Both the position numbers and the translations under genes were made by a program. Under the pieces are notes generated by a model that was not told the origin of the DNA, did not search any database, and was given only the letters and a program-made list of their open reading frames with translations. DNA of 64,000 bases. Origin: the human T2T-CHM13v2.0 reference genome, Homo sapiens. The stretch is from the NCBI RefSeq assembly GCF_009914755.1, contig NC_060930.1. The stretch is one strand, 5' to 3'. The stretch's first letter is position 1. Each line of letters begins with the position of its first letter. This document shows, piece by piece, positions 1 through 14,140 of this stretch.

Positions 1-1244
1 ACCCCATGCATCCTTCAGCCTGCAACTTCTTAACTACCTTACCTCAAGTTTGTGCCAGATAAATAGCAATGTTAAAAGTTACTATGAATTTAGTTTTTTT
101 TTTAATTGCTTTTTGTAGTGATGTTTTTCTTTCCCCAAACTGCGTGGCTTTCTCCCATTCCTACCTCAGTCTTCATAGCATGTTTTTCTACTCCAAGTGC
201 GCATGTTTTGCTTTCTGAGAATGTGAGATTCACCCAAATAAAAAAGAAAGGGTTTGGTGTTGTTTGTCATTTGGAGTTTTTAGTGCCTCCCTGTACTACA
301 TTAGGATGGACAAAAGAGATTGTAATGCCATGAATATAAAGAGTTATTGTTCACTACTTATGAAAAATACTCTAGCTACTCATTATTTCAAAGTAGTTTA
401 TTTTAATCATTTAAAAATTAGTTGTGTCCACACTTTGTGCTTTAATCTTTTATTGTAATTTTTAATGCTAAACATATCTAGTACTCCATAACACATGCTA
501 AATGTTGCGTTTTGATGTATCCTCCCTTCTCTCCTTATCTAGCTTCGTAGTCCTTTGAATACATTAATTTTGTAAATTACCGCAGTAGCAGCCAGATTTC
601 ATAAGGATGTTTTACATTGTTGTAACTGGTTTCATTTTCTTACTTGTTCCTATTATTCTCATTATATAGGAACTACTTACTTTATGTTCTTAACACAGAA
701 GGGTCAGAGGAAACAGTTATTTTTTGTAACAATTTTTAAACTATTAGGCATTATACATTACAAAATCTTTTGTTCTTTTAAAATAGTAAAATGTGCCCAG
801 AGTTTAGTGCTGAAGTATTCTGCAGTGATGTTGAAAAATGTGAAACACCTTTTATTTGGCATGTTGTCTAAATGCTGCCTGACCCCGCAGTTCTTGCAGT
901 TGGTGCATCATCTGAATGCTGTCTAACCCTGCAGTTTCCAGAAACATGAGATGATAATTTGCTTCTTTGGTGAGCCTGTGGCTTAGGTCCATTTCTTTTC
1001 ACAAAAAAGAATGATCAGAGAAGACTTAAATGCCCTATAAGTCATTTCAGAAACATTACGTAGTGATTATTTTGGTATTGCCTAAAGCAGGTATCAAGGT
1101 GATTAACATTCATTATGTTATCTTAAAAATTACACACAATCCTTTATTGCGGTCATGAAATAAGTAATACTGTATACAAAAAAAAAAATGAAAGAAAATA
1201 ACCAGTGACGTTTTTTTCCTTCCATCTGCTCTTCCATCATGCAG

Positions 1245-1478
1245 GTACAACTTGGCCAAGTAGAAATCAAATGCCCCATCACAGAGTGTTTTGAATTCTT
1301 GGAAGAAACAACTGTTGTCTATAACTTAACGCATGAAGACTCCATCAAGTATAAGTACTTCTTGGAACTTGGCCGTATTGATTCCAGCACCAAGCCATGT
1401 CCTCAGTGCAAGCACTTTACAACCTTCAAGAAAAAAGGACATATTCCCACCCCTTCCAGATCAGAAAGCAAATACAAA
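1245..1478 (+). CDS. RNF217: RNF217 internal coding exon (end of RING1, linker, start of IBR): VQLGQVEIKCPITEC...PCPQCKH...SESKYK
   Basis: Polypyrimidine tract plus CAG acceptor ending 1244; AAA|GTAAGC donor at 1479; 234 nt, phase 0-0, open frame. The peptide is recognised as RNF217 and splices in frame to the next exon. Confidence 0.95.
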
Positions 1479-1884
1479 GTAAGCATTTTCACCAGAGCTG
1501 TGGGTTAGATGTCACATGGCAGAAGCAGCCAGATTAGATCCACTTGTCGTGGGCATTAAGGGGGCATCTTTCCTTTATGGAGCTGAAGGTGAGCATATAT
1601 TGGCCATCATTCTGAAAGCATATGGTTTGGGGAGGCTGATGATAAGAGAGTGCTCTTAAGGAATTAATTACAGTTTTGTCTTTGACTTTAACCATGTTGA
1701 AAATTAATCTAGTAACCTTATAGGAAGGCTGATCTTTAGAGTAATAATAGTTACTACTACCAAATACTAAATAAATACTAAGGCTTTTTCTTTATTATTA
1801 TGGACTTGATTTTTTTTTCAGTGGTCCCAATGTAAGTCTCCTCTTGTTCTGTCTATAATAGGTAAAAATAGTATAAATGGTACT

Positions 1885-2350
1885 CATTCATTTATTCAGC
1901 AAATACAGAATGCTGTATATGCTAGGCAGTGTGCTAAATTTGGGGGCTATAGAGCAAATGTGATACAGTCCCTGCTTCAAAAAAAGTCGAAGATGGGAGA
2001 GACATGTGTTCTAAAAATGACAGTCCAATATGATTAGAAAAAAACACAAAGCTGTGTACATATAGTGTGCTTTGAGGACACTTGAAGGAGGGTTAGGCTC
2101 TAGGATGTCAGGAATGGCTTCACAGAGGAGGTGCAGTTCTCCAGACAGATAAACCTGGTGAGCATTTCAGAGCAAGGGATGAGTAAGTGCACGGCCCCCG
2201 AGGCTAAGGCCAGGCTTCTTGTAATCAAGTGCTTCTAGAGCTGGTGGAGAGTCGGGAGAGGCAGCTGATCGGGCAGATAAGAGCAGATCATGTTGAGTCT
2301 TGTGCAGTTTGCGCAGAAGTTTGGATGTAACTCTGTAAGCATTAGAGAAA
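1885..2350 (-). mobile_element. L2 LINE 3' fragment
   Basis: CATTCATTTATTCAGCAAATA...TGCTAGGCAGTGTGCTAAA is the typical antisense L2 3' end; boundaries approximate. Confidence 0.55.
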
Positions 2351-3596
2351 TGTCATCTGGCAGCATTCATAGAAGCTATCACAAGAGGACCAGACAGAAG
2401 TCTGGTTTGAAACCAAGGCAACAACTGTGACAGCAGAGCATTGATTCACAGCCCTGATTGTATATTAGAATCACCCGAGAACTTCCATGACACACCAGTG
2501 CCCCAGGCCCACCCCAGAACAATTGTCTTCCAAATTTTTGAGCCTCACCAGGTGACTAATCCACAGTAGAGAATCTTTGCAGTAAATGAAGCAGAAAACC
2601 AGTGAGGCTGTGGCAGTAGTTTTCATCCTTGTCATTACAGCAAAATGGCAGGATGAAGTGGTTTCAAAGGCTGTTTGGAGTCATCTCCATTTAAGGTAAG
2701 TTTCTGGTCATGTTCCCTTTCTTGAGAGCAGCAGTTACATTATTCATTTTGTAGCTTTGAGGGGACCATGGTTTAGCAGGTAGTTTCCTCTGCTGTTGCA
2801 GTTATAAGCTACAGTATTGTAGGTTAGTCAAAGCTTCTTCATGAGTCGTTGTTCTTTGAAACTGCTTGGCTCTCATAGTTAATTTATTTATTGTTTTTAT
2901 GCAGGCCATTCTCTATCAGGTATAACTGTTAGAAAAAAATCCTATTTTTCTCTTCTATAAAAAGCATTATTTTTGAGGTTACAAAAATTGTATAACTAAA
3001 GTACTGCCCTACAGTGGTGTTGAAGGCTAACTGAACATTAATAGAATACTTTTATTTCATGCTATATATCCTTAGATTATTTTTAAGTTATTTTCATTGC
3101 AATTGTATGTTATTGTATAAGATCAGGAAATTACTAGTTTTAGAAGGACTCGTAATTCCATAAATTAGGATATTCAATTTTTTTCTAATATATGTTTGGA
3201 CTTAGATACATAGAAACTGAGACTATACTAATTTTTAAAATTGCAGTAATTAAAACATGTACAAAATTGAATTAGAGTGGGAATAACTGAGTAACTTTTA
3301 AATGTGTTGTTTTTATGAAATGGGTAAAGGAGTTATAATTTAAGTCACAATTATGGCAATAGTGAAATGTTTTACGTCTCATTTCATCTGAAATCACCAA
3401 AATCATGTTGTGATGAGCATAATGTATCACAATACACATGTATTGAGAGTGAAATATGTAAAAATTGACAAATAGAAGATTCTATATTTGTGTAATTTTG
3501 AGCGAGCCCATGGTATTCTGATAACATTTCCCAGAGGTCAGGCTTCTCCAATGTCTATCAATTTGTTGTAGGTAAGAAGAGAAGCAGGGGCAAATG

Positions 3597-3857
3597 GACC
3601 AACATCTTAAATTTATTAAACTCAATTGATTCCTTTTGATTAGTAGAGGAAAAGAAAATTTGCTTTGGTGTGAGGAGGAATTCAACAACACAATAAATGT
3701 TGATTATGAAGCAGTTAAGATCCTCAGATCAACATCTTAAATTTATTAAACTCAATTGATTCCTTTTGATTAGTAGAGGAAAAGAAAATTTGCTTTGGTG
3801 TGAGGAGGAATTCAACAACACCATAAATGTTGATTATGAAGCAGTTAAGATCCTCAG
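3597..3857. repeat. Near-perfect tandem duplication, period 130 bp, 2 copies
   Basis: 3600-3727 and 3730-3857 are identical except 3692 A versus 3822 C. Confidence 0.97.
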
Positions 3858-5564
3858 CGGTGGGTGTGGGGTGGAAATCTCATTACACTATAAAATGAAA
3901 CTTAAGCAAATTTCAAAAGAGTAAAACTACCACAGAATTTGAGGATGATTATTTTTGTTACTCTTCTTTACTAGTGTAGAAGAGAAGATCGATAACAGAA
4001 GAAGTTAATAATCTCCTTGATCTATGCTGTACAAAGTTCTAGCAATGATTCAAATAATTCCTGAAGCAATAATTTTTACTTATTTTAGTGTAAAGTTTAT
4101 ATAACATTTTTCATCATTAAACTCTGTGGTTTATGTTAACATTAACTACCTGGTTTACATGCCCATACCTGTCTGGGTATTATAGGTAAGGAGAGCACTG
4201 ACATGGATACCCCAGCCAACCAATCGTGAGATTCATGGCCACAGTATGGCACCCTGTACTGAGACTAAGATCTTTGTTCTTTGTGATGAACAGGTGAACA
4301 TTTTTTATTTTGCAGTATTTTTAAAAATTCAGTTTCCCTAATAAAATAAGGTAGTTCCAAATTGGTGTCATTTATGGTAACTTTAAGAGGAGTGAATTCA
4401 AGTACTCACACACAATACATTGCATCATGAGGCAACAGAAATAGAAAAAAAAAGGTTGCTGCTAATGTCTGACGTTTCTGTGCAATTTAACGTCTCTTTA
4501 TAATAATGTTTACAGGCTTAAGTAGGTTTGTATCTACTGATAAAACCCTTGTAATGTTTATTTTAATGTTATTCTGAGTCATTGATTCACAGTATCTTCA
4601 TCCAAGATGTCATTCTTTGAACATTTATTATGGCTTTTGCTGTCAATTCAACTGTTTGAAAATATTATAGCTATTTTATAGCTGAGTAAGTGCTTCTCAC
4701 ATGAAGTTTGAGACCTAAAATATCATATATGGGGGTTTTAATTTTTGTGAAGACCACTTGTTAAATTGTTTGTACTCAGCAGGTGGATAAAGGGTAAAAA
4801 GAATATAAGAATAAGCAGTAACTAGAACTCTTACCTGTCCATTTGTCCTTCCAGGCCCAACACCCAACAATTCCCTTCTGGCAAAAATCTGAGTAAATAG
4901 AGCTTTATATTATGTTCTGAACATCGTCAAACTCATACTATATCAAATAGAACAAGTGCATTCGTGAATTGAGAGATTTACATTCAGACAACCTTGCCTT
5001 TTGTCAAATCCAGTCTCACTTTTTCATCCATAGTATTTCTGTCTTCTTCTCCCTAAAACTCTTGTCATGATGCCAGAAAGGCTTACCGTTCCATTTCTAC
5101 AAGGTTGACGTCAGCTTCCAACTAGAAATCTAATTTCTAACCTGAATAGTTCCTGTAATTTATCAGTGCAACAGCAACCGCTTATCAATATAGAGAACAA
5201 GTTAATGATGGAGAAATAAAAAAATGTTGAAGTTTTGACTAATGTCCTTATGTTATGCCTGGAGATAGACACATCACCCACACCCAAAGCTTTTCACCAT
5301 AGCAATTATCACCTGGGATTTTATGATATATATGTGTGGTTATTTGCCTTAAGTTTCTCTTTCTAACTGGTCTCTGGGAGTCCAGGTCCAAGTTTACTTC
5401 ATTTACTGCTGATAACCTGTGTCAAGCCTATGTCTGATAGAGGGTGCACTCAAAATATATTTGTTGAAGGATTCATTTAAGAGTAAACACATTAAGCCTT
5501 GAGGTGTTGGATTTACCAAGGTTGAAAAGGCAGGTCAGAGCACTGCTTTCACACTGGAATTAAA

Positions 5565-5745
5565 CTCTCAGCCTGTCACACACTAGCTCTGTCACCTTGA
5601 GTATCGTTTCCACGTCTTTAACTGGGGATAGTAATAGTACCTATGTCATAAGAATGTAGTAAGAATTAAATGAAATCACACATATAAATTACTTAGCACC
5701 ACATATGACACATACTGGAAAGTATTATGATTGTTATTATTATTA
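5565..5745 (+). mobile_element. MIR SINE fragment
   Basis: CTAGCTCTGTCACCTTG...TGGGGATAGTAATAGTACCTA...AGAATTAAATGA matches the MIR core. Confidence 0.6.
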
Positions 5746-8315
5746 GGCAAAGAGAGCAGAATGAGCAACCCTGGGTATTGAGAAGGGCATGGGGGAGTGA
5801 AAAAGAATATAGTTGAAAGAAAACATGGGGTGAGTGGTGGACAATGGGCAGAAAGGAGGGGTAAAATTGACTATGTCTGGAAGAGGAGGAGCAGGTTTGG
5901 GAAATGGAAAATTAGTTCAGTTTGAAATATGTTGATAGTGTTAAGTTTGAAGACCCTTTAGGGCATCAAAGAGATGTCCAGAAAACATGACTCAGGAGTG
6001 ATTTGGTGGAAGTCATCAATATTGGGGGCAGTGAAGGGGATTGTCATTGAACTTACGAAAATGAAAAAAATATTCTTTGGGAGGTAGAGGAGGTGATAGC
6101 AGTTCTTTATGGAAGAGAGGAGAGATGTGTAAAGGATTAAAAGTAGTTATTTTACTCATACAGGTTTTACTGAGGTAGGTGCAATTCTGGGTTTCATTCT
6201 TATTCCAAGTGCAGACTTAAGAAATGATCCCCCTTTTCATATCGATTTGGAGAAAGAGTTGAAGGTCATGCTTATCAACATGTTAGAGAACACGTTAGAG
6301 GTAATTCTTTTGATGGTTTTCTTCAGACAAGACTAATAATCCCCATTCTTCTTCCCACAAATGTTAAGCAGAATCTTGATAATTTATACAATGGCACTTT
6401 TGATGCATCTTTCACCCCAGGTGAAAGAAAAAAGCCAATAAAATTCCCTGGAGAAACTCTGTCTGTGTGCTTACCTTATCTCTCTAGCTGTCTTTTTTTC
6501 TTTCTTATAAACCCTCTGAGTAGAAATTACATTTTATAAACACTACACAAATATTTTCTCATGTGGTAAAAGAATTTTCTAAGGGCTTTAAGAATACAGT
6601 CAAATCAATCGGTTGTTGCGAACTGGTGTACTTTAAAACGTGCTTAACCTTCCTCCTGGTAAAGATAACTTGAGAACTGTTTCCCATATATAAGAATGTG
6701 TAAAGCTTTCCCATGAACGTGTAATGAGTATGCTGCTTTGTTCTGGTTTTCCCTGACACCATCACTTTAAGTTGACAGTGTTTACAAATGGAGAATCTAG
6801 TTGTGCGTCTTCCCTGCAAGGTTAGGGTAGCTTACAACACACACTGATTTCTCTTGGGATTAATGTATCACTCATGTCAGGAGCCCATAGAAAAAAAGTG
6901 TAGTTTCTTAAATGGTTGTTGTTGGCATAGATTTATGAGACAGTTAAAGTCGTCTAGCCCTGTTGATAGACGCCAGTGTAAACAAAGTGTGTGTTACATA
7001 CATTACCCTTGAAAAAACGTATAACACTCAGCTATGATGCAAGCCTACTAAATTATGTTAGCATTTCTTTCTTCAGTTACTAATGGAGTGTTTTGCTAAG
7101 GCTGTTCTTTGTTTGCTTTTTTGATGCATAAATTAGACACAATATTTTTAGAGGTTTTTAACTTGTGCTTGAACTTCTAACAGCCAAATGTTGGAATTTA
7201 TCTGATATTTTAGCCTACACTTCACCTAAAAAAACAAACTATAGTAATAATCAAATCTTGCAGCTAGGATAAATTGACCTGCACTGGTACTAAGAACTGT
7301 TTTCCCTTTATCCTATTGTCATTGGGTCTTTAGCACAATGAACAAGTGAAGAATCGTCTCTCTCTGATGGCCCCCGAGATCGTGTGTTAAAGTAGGCCAA
7401 GTGTGGTGTTCCTTATAAAATGGTCTGGAAGATATTCTGAAAGAAGTGAAGTGAAGACCTTACATTTCTTATCTACCACCCTCTGTGCTACTACCTTTCC
7501 ATATTTACTTACTTAGATTTGTAAGAGAATCTACTGGGGCTGTCTACACAGTGCACGGATCCCCTCTACAATATGCCTACCAGTTGGCCATGCAGACTCT
7601 GAACACTGCTTTTGTTAAGGAACTTGTTAATAGAATCATTCCTTTCCATTTTCAAAAACCTCAGATTTGAAATAATTCATTGTTACCTTTAGGCTGAGGT
7701 ATGCTTCCCTCCTGCCTTCACTTATTGGTCACAGAGAATATTCCCATTTCCTTATGTACACTTAACACAGTGGACCTCTTGCTACTTTATGTGGGTACCT
7801 CTTGTGAGCTGTTATCCTGATTCTGTTGTGTTCAGAACAGGACATCTTGTTCAAAACAGGATGATACCACATTTTTCTGGCCAGGACTTTGGGCTATGCA
7901 AATCAGGGAAGAATTTTCCAGTACCCTTTGTGTTCACCAGTGAAGAAATGGGTCCTCGGACAAGAAATAGACCCAGACAAATGCTTCTCTGGGCTTTGCT
8001 CTCTGGATTTACAGGAAGAGTCTGTAAATGCTGAAGGTGTTTCCAGGTGGTAGGAGCAAGATGGACTGATATGAAATAGTGATTTTCAAATTAGGGAGAG
8101 AGTACTTTTTCAAACAACCCCCATTCTCAAGTTCAGACATGCTGTCCAAGAAAAGTATGAGTCCAGCTTGAACATAAAAGCTAGTATTGAGGTGAATGCA
8201 TTGTGCAATAAATAATTGTGTTGCATATGTAAAAGGAAACCAATGTTGAGGGAGTTCAGTAAGGTTATTTATATAAATAAGCACCATATCTCAATATAGC
8301 TTACCTTGTCATGCG

Positions 8316-8317
<2 letters not shown>

Positions 8318-8355
<38 letters not shown>

Positions 8356-8388
8356 TTTTATTTGTTTTGTTTTGTTTTGTTTTGTTTT
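8318..8388. repeat. (TG)n microsatellite followed by (GTTTT)n
   Basis: Direct reading. Confidence 0.95.
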
Positions 8389-10762
8389 GGTCTGCTGTTG
8401 GTCCTCAGCCTTTAGGAAAGTTTCTCTTTCCCTTTCCAGCTTAGTTTTAGCTGTGCTGTGAGAAACTAAGGCAAGGATCACTTGGCCACATTTGGACTGT
8501 TTTCAAGGGTGCAGTGCCTCATGAAGACTGTATGTTACTGGCATTTCCATGCAGGGAAGAGATCCCCAAGTAGGCAGTGAAATATCAGGGAGTAAGATTA
8601 AAGACAAGAAGTCAAAATATGTTTTCCCATATGGAGAATTTCTTTCCATTGCCACCATCTGACTTTAGGATTTGATGTTATAAGGGAGCAAACAGTGCTT
8701 CCTTGAAAGTATTTGAAGCCATTCATCAAGACTCATTTTCTCCTCTCTATAACATGCTGTACCTCTCCACATCTCATCTTCAAGAAAAGCATCTTCAGTT
8801 TTTAAAACATTTTTATAACTACAAGATTTCCCAATTATTTACCATTTTGGTTAGTTTCTTTAGGACATACCCGAATCTGACAGCCATGATTTTTACATGT
8901 TTCCTATGCAGAGTTTCTGGACCATGGTATATTTTGGGGGACATGCCAGGATTATAGGAACTTACTGGCTCCATTTATTGTACACTTAGCAAGGATCAGG
9001 GTTGAGCTAGCTGAAGTGACATCTCTGTTCAGGCTACATTAGAACACTTGCTGTTTCCCCAATATATCATGTGCTCTTGGGCCTCTGTGTGGTGGCTCAG
9101 GATGGACCCTCTATTCAAAGTGTTACCTCATCACTTGTCCCTGTAACATTCTACTCATTGTTGAAGGCCACATTCTCTCTGAACGCTTATGTTCCAGCTT
9201 CACTGAAGCCTCTTTCCATGGCACTCACTTGTCCCAGCTTCTATTCTGGCAGTTACTATATGCCTTTATAGCTCTTTTGGTTTATATCTGTCAGACCCCA
9301 GTAAGTTCCTTAAGGACAAGTATTTTCATTTTTTTCTGCCTACAATCAACATAGGCAGTTCCTGCTACTTGAAGGTGCCCAATAAATATGTGTTGGATGG
9401 GAAAATGAATTGATACATGTGCTTCATTATTGAGAATCTGAACCTGAGGTTCTAGTAAAGCAAATCCTTTTTGGAAAACTGAATCAGCTCTTATATTTGC
9501 AGTGCTACTTTACACATGGATGTTGTCTAATATTTTGAATTTGATAAGTAATGATTTTGTGATTTATTTAAAATAATGATGTGTATAGGGGTATCTAGAA
9601 TTTAGGCAGGAAAATAATGATCTGGGGTTTTCTTTAGTTTTAGACACTGTTTTTATTTTGTGGGTTGTTTCCTTACTCGACTTGATGAATTATCAGGAGA
9701 AAATGCCATTTTCTTAGGGCAGGTGAGTCGGCGTACTTTCATCTCAGTATAGCACAGATTTCTGGTAAAACTAAGGGTATTCAAAAGTCAAAAATCTAAT
9801 GTAAGGTTCTTTTATCTTTTGTGAGTTCTGGAGAAAGCTAATTAAGATTCTTAGCTCTGATAACTTTATTCTTGAAGCACTTGAAGCCCTGCTTGCCTCT
9901 TTTAGAAGAGTTTGTGCGTTGATCATAGTGCTTAGTAAAAGTTCATTAGGACAATGTATTTAGTAAACATCATCTGATAATATAGGAATTAGTAATACTA
10001 CCTCAGCCACTAGTCATAAATTAGATATGTTGGTTTTTCTTTGAATTCATTTAATGTTAACTGATACGTGATACCTAAACTGTGTGTAAAATCATTCATT
10101 TTACATGAGACAAAGCCTTTGACAAACACAGTTCACTGAGGAGTGAACTTGTGGGCTATTGGAGAGATTAGACATCTACATCCCTAATGGAAGTTCCATA
10201 AGAAAGGTACTGAATCTGGTTGCAAGAAATAGGGAAGACATCTTGAAGAAAGGAGCATTTGATCAAGATAAGATTTTAATAGGTTTAATCCACTGGACTC
10301 TTCCAGTTACCAGAAGCAGAAATGTACTGTTTCTTGGGCTACCTCAATTAGTGAGGTTTAGTCTAAGGCTCCATGGGGAGCAGGAAGGGCAGGAAAATAC
10401 TCTCTGCAGCTGCCCAGGCAGGCCTCATAGAGAATCAGACACAAGCTCTGGTAGTGTGAGAGCCCTTCTGTCATCTCACCAGAAGTCAATGTCTGTGTCC
10501 TTCTCCAGTGGTCTGCATTGTAGTCATTTAGCTCTTCTCTGTCTTTGCCTCCATGAAGGCATCCTTTGTATCTCTATGACACTCCTCAAGAGAGAAAAAT
10601 CTATCTTGGCTAATTTCCATTCAACAATGAGCACCCATGCTACACAAAGCTCATGCCACCGCTTAGGCAGCTTGCCAACTAGTGGATACATGTTTTTGGC
10701 TTAGGGACTCATTCCTGGTCCAATAAATTGTGGCCTGGGCGATGCAGTCACATGGTATAGAG

Positions 10763-10925
10763 CAGTGCCTCTCAAACTTTAGGATGCATACAAATCACCT
10801 TCGGACCTTGTGAAAATGTGCACTTTTGGCTCTGAGGTCTAAGGATTCATGAATTCTGTGTTTCCAACAAGTTCTCAGGTGATGCTGATGTTTCTGGCCC
10901 TGCAACCACACTTTGAGCCACAAGG
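10763..10925. mobile_element. MER5A-like hAT-Charlie DNA transposon remnant
   Basis: CAGTGCCTCTCAAACTTT...AATCACCT...AACAAGTTCTCAGGTGATGCTGATG...ACCACACTTTGAG. Confidence 0.65.
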
Positions 10926-12224
10926 ACAGGGCATGATGATTTCTGTGTGACTGTAATTACTAAGAAGGCAGGCACTCCATGTGGTGGGTATGTGGTTGTG
11001 AGATAGCATTTCATGTGGAAGAATAACTGTAAATAAAAGAGTGGAGGAAGATGCAGTGTTGATGTCTGTATGTGTTTGCGTAAGGCCAATTTTGAATATG
11101 GTTAAGTTCAAAATGAATGAGGCATCTTCAGAACAAAAAATCTGGGACAATTTCAGATGTAGTCTTTTAATACCAAAGTTGTTGGAGTTGGCTATTAGTC
11201 CTTTTATGGTTTTAATCCAAAGCAAATAAAGAGTGATTCTGATGTTTTCAGTGAGAGATAGTAAGCAATCCAGTATGAGTTTAACTTATTTGTATTCACT
11301 TGAGAGACTGCCCCATAACTCTGGTCACAGTTTCCCACTAAGTCTGTGCTGTTGGTGAGGATTTGCAATAGGATCTGCAGTAGGACTTGGTTGTTTATTA
11401 TGAGCCAGAGTCCCTGGTTTGGACACAAAGCGTCAGATTCTTTATTATTCTGATGCCTTAGGAGAATCATGCATTGCTATAATTGTCTTCATTAGAGATT
11501 CACAAATGTGATAGTTCAGCACTTAATCACAAAGATCTTTGAGTCATTAAATGTCTGACATTTATAGAGCGAATCCGAGTTTCAAAGCATCTTTACATTC
11601 ATTCTAATATTTCATAAATATAATCTAAGACTGATTAAAAACTAGAGAGATCTTTTCAAAAAGTTCATTTAATGATGCTAGAATCTAGTGATTCAGAATT
11701 ATGAATAATGTCCAATAGAAGATAACCAAATTAACTTTTCAGGTGTTCTGACTTAATGTTAGATGCATAAGGAAAAGCAATTTTTTTCCTTCTTTCCTCA
11801 TTTCATTCATTATATTGGAAAGGAAGGCTCCATGTGATATTTACATCTAGTCTTCATTGCTCAATGGCAAATGGAAGTAAACATTTTATATTGTTTTCTT
11901 AGCTGAATCTCATCTACTTCAACTTGTTTTCTTTTAAAAATGATTTATTTTAATTGTAATGATCAAAAAGGAAAACAGTTATTTTAAATAACTAAAGAGT
12001 AACATCCTTTTTTTCTTTTTTCATTTTTTTACTTAAACCAAGTAGTTTCTCAATTTATATAAGTAGATCTTGAAAAGAATTTTCAAAGTTCACCTTATCT
12101 TGGTAATCATGTGGAATTCTGACTTATTGAATAGTTTAATGATATGACCATCTTTGACTACTACATTTTAAGTTGTCAATTGTCAAAGAACAAATGCCGT
12201 TTAGTATAAGACTATAGTGAAAAT

Positions 12225-12420
12225 TATGCTAAACTTGGAGCCAGACAAACTTACGTTTAAATTCCTTCTTAACACATATGTGCTGTGTTACCTTCAGCAA
12301 GTTATTTAATCTATCTGAGTCTCATTTCCATCATCTGTAAACTGATGATGTTCATATCTACCTTCCAGCATTATTTTGAGGATGAAAATAAATAATGCAT
12401 GTAATATATTCAACATAGAC
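12225..12420 (+). mobile_element. MIR SINE
   Basis: TGGAGCCAGAC...TGTGTTACCTTCAGCAAGTTATTTAATCTATCTGAGTCTCATTTCCATCATCTGTAAA. Confidence 0.7.
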
Positions 12421-13209
12421 ATTATCATTGAACAGAATTTTAATAAATAAATAAACGTGAAAATCTTTTAAGCCTTATGACAGAATACCATTTTTATATA
12501 AAGTTAATAACAAAAGTACTTTTACTTCATAGTTGCACAAGAGGAGCATTATCCATTCTTGACATAAGTGAAAATTACAGTGCTTTGAGTTATTAACAGA
12601 AGAGCTGTGATTGTAATTGCCACTCAGCTAATTAGTCTATATAGTAGAACCTCCATTGTCAAAAAAGTTGTTTTCCAAAAAGGAAATTCTAACTAACCTT
12701 TAAAATGTAGTCAGTGAATTCACACATGCTGCAGTGACGTGACATAGAGGAGCAAAGAGAGTGGTCAGTTATAAATATCATTCATAATGAGACATTTTAT
12801 TAATCCATTGTAATCACATGGGGCTCTGTAAGTCAGGTTATACCCATATGCTTTTAGAGAGTTAGGAGTGGAAATAATGTGTATGAGTGGAATATTCCAC
12901 TATCATTCAAAATAAAGGAAGTCAGATAAAATATCCTCCATGTCAAGTGGAAGACAGATATTCATATTAAACTTACACGTGCACTGTCATATACCCCTCC
13001 ACATAGTGAAATATGAAGGCCCGTTTCTGACGGTTTTCTAAGTACAGGCCACAGGGCCACTATATTGATATATTTCTAATAATAGAATGCTTTGCATTGT
13101 TTTTATAATTAGCCTGCCTTACGTTGGTAGCAAACCAGGAGTATCCATTATTTTAAATGCTGCTTCATAGCAAATGCTGTTCTAGCAGTTTGTTTGTTAC
13201 TGTGTTTTT

Positions 13210-13515
13210 ATTGTTGTTGTTGTTGTTTTGAGATGGTCTCTCTCTGTCGCCCATGCTGGAGTGCAGTGGCACAATCTCGGCTCGACTGCAACCTCCGCCT
13301 CCTGGGTTCAAGTGATTGTCATGTCTCGTGTCATCCTCCTGAGTAGCTGGGATTACAAGCATGCACCAACATGCCCACCTAATTTTTATATTTTTCGTAG
13401 AGATGGGGTTTCACCATGTTGGCCAGGCTGGGCTTTAACTCCTGACCTCAAGTGATCTAGCCGCCTCAGCCTCCCAAAGTGCTAGGATTACAGGCATAAG
13501 CCACCACACCCAGAC
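13210..13515 (-). mobile_element. Alu (AluS-like), full length
   Basis: Dimeric Alu; degenerate (GTT)n tail; TSD TG(T/C)TACTGTGTTTTT at 13195-13209 and 13516-13530. Confidence 0.95.
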
Positions 13516-13975
13516 TGCTACTGTGTTTTTTATTTGATGAAGCATCTGTGGGGCTTTTTAAAAATAAAATGAAATAAGCCATTCTTAAGAAGACAATGGA
13601 AATGGCTGGGTAATTCGTTCAAAGGAAAGGTGAATTAAAGGGCAGCCTGAGTGTGTGGATTTGGGGCCTTGTGAGCCTTCAGGTTCAATCTGGGAGACTG
13701 CACTTAAATCTGGGAGATTTTCTTAAAGCTAAATTGGTTTCCAGAACCAAATGTTTAACTCCAGTACAGCCTACAAATAGCCAAGTCATCCTTGCCAAAG
13801 CAATTCTTTCCTGTAGTAACAGAGTATTCATATCTTCCTGTAGTTTGAGTCTTATAGAGGGGGAGGTATTTTAAATTATAAACTTTTAGCTAATTTCCCC
13901 AAGCATCACCTTCTTATCCTTTTAGACACTTTCAGTATATCCACTAGTAATTAATATGATTTTTTTCTTACACAG

Positions 13976-14140
13976 ATCCAGTGCCCTACCTGCCAATTCG
14001 TCTGGTGTTTTAAGTGCCACTCTCCTTGGCATGAAGGTGTTAACTGCAAGGAGTACAAAAAAGGAGACAAATTGTTGCGTCACTGGGCCAGCGAAATTGA
14101 GCATGGGCAGAGGAATGCCCAGAAGTGTCCAAAGTGCAAG
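13976..14140 (+). CDS. RNF217: RNF217 coding exon (IBR domain and start of RING2): IQCPTCQFVWCFKCHSPWHEGVNC...AQKCPKCK
   Basis: TTTTTTTCTTACACAG acceptor; AAG|GTGAGA donor at 14141; 165 nt, phase 0-0; IBR pattern CxxC-x4-CxxC-x4-H-x4-C. The ORF track shows other frames here, not this one. Confidence 0.95.

Noticed and set aside
1239-1244. ATG at 1239 as the RNF217 start codon (ORF track)
   Set aside because: It lies within the splice acceptor (ATGCAG|). RING1 is incomplete, so the true start is upstream of the window.
1242-1250. CAG|GTACAA as a recursive splice site
   Set aside because: The reconstituted donor is weak and the GT is explained by the Val codon; nothing else supports it.
10159-10704. 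181-aa ORF
   Set aside because: Non-ATG start, no recognisable domain or splice structure; intronic and partly LTR-like.
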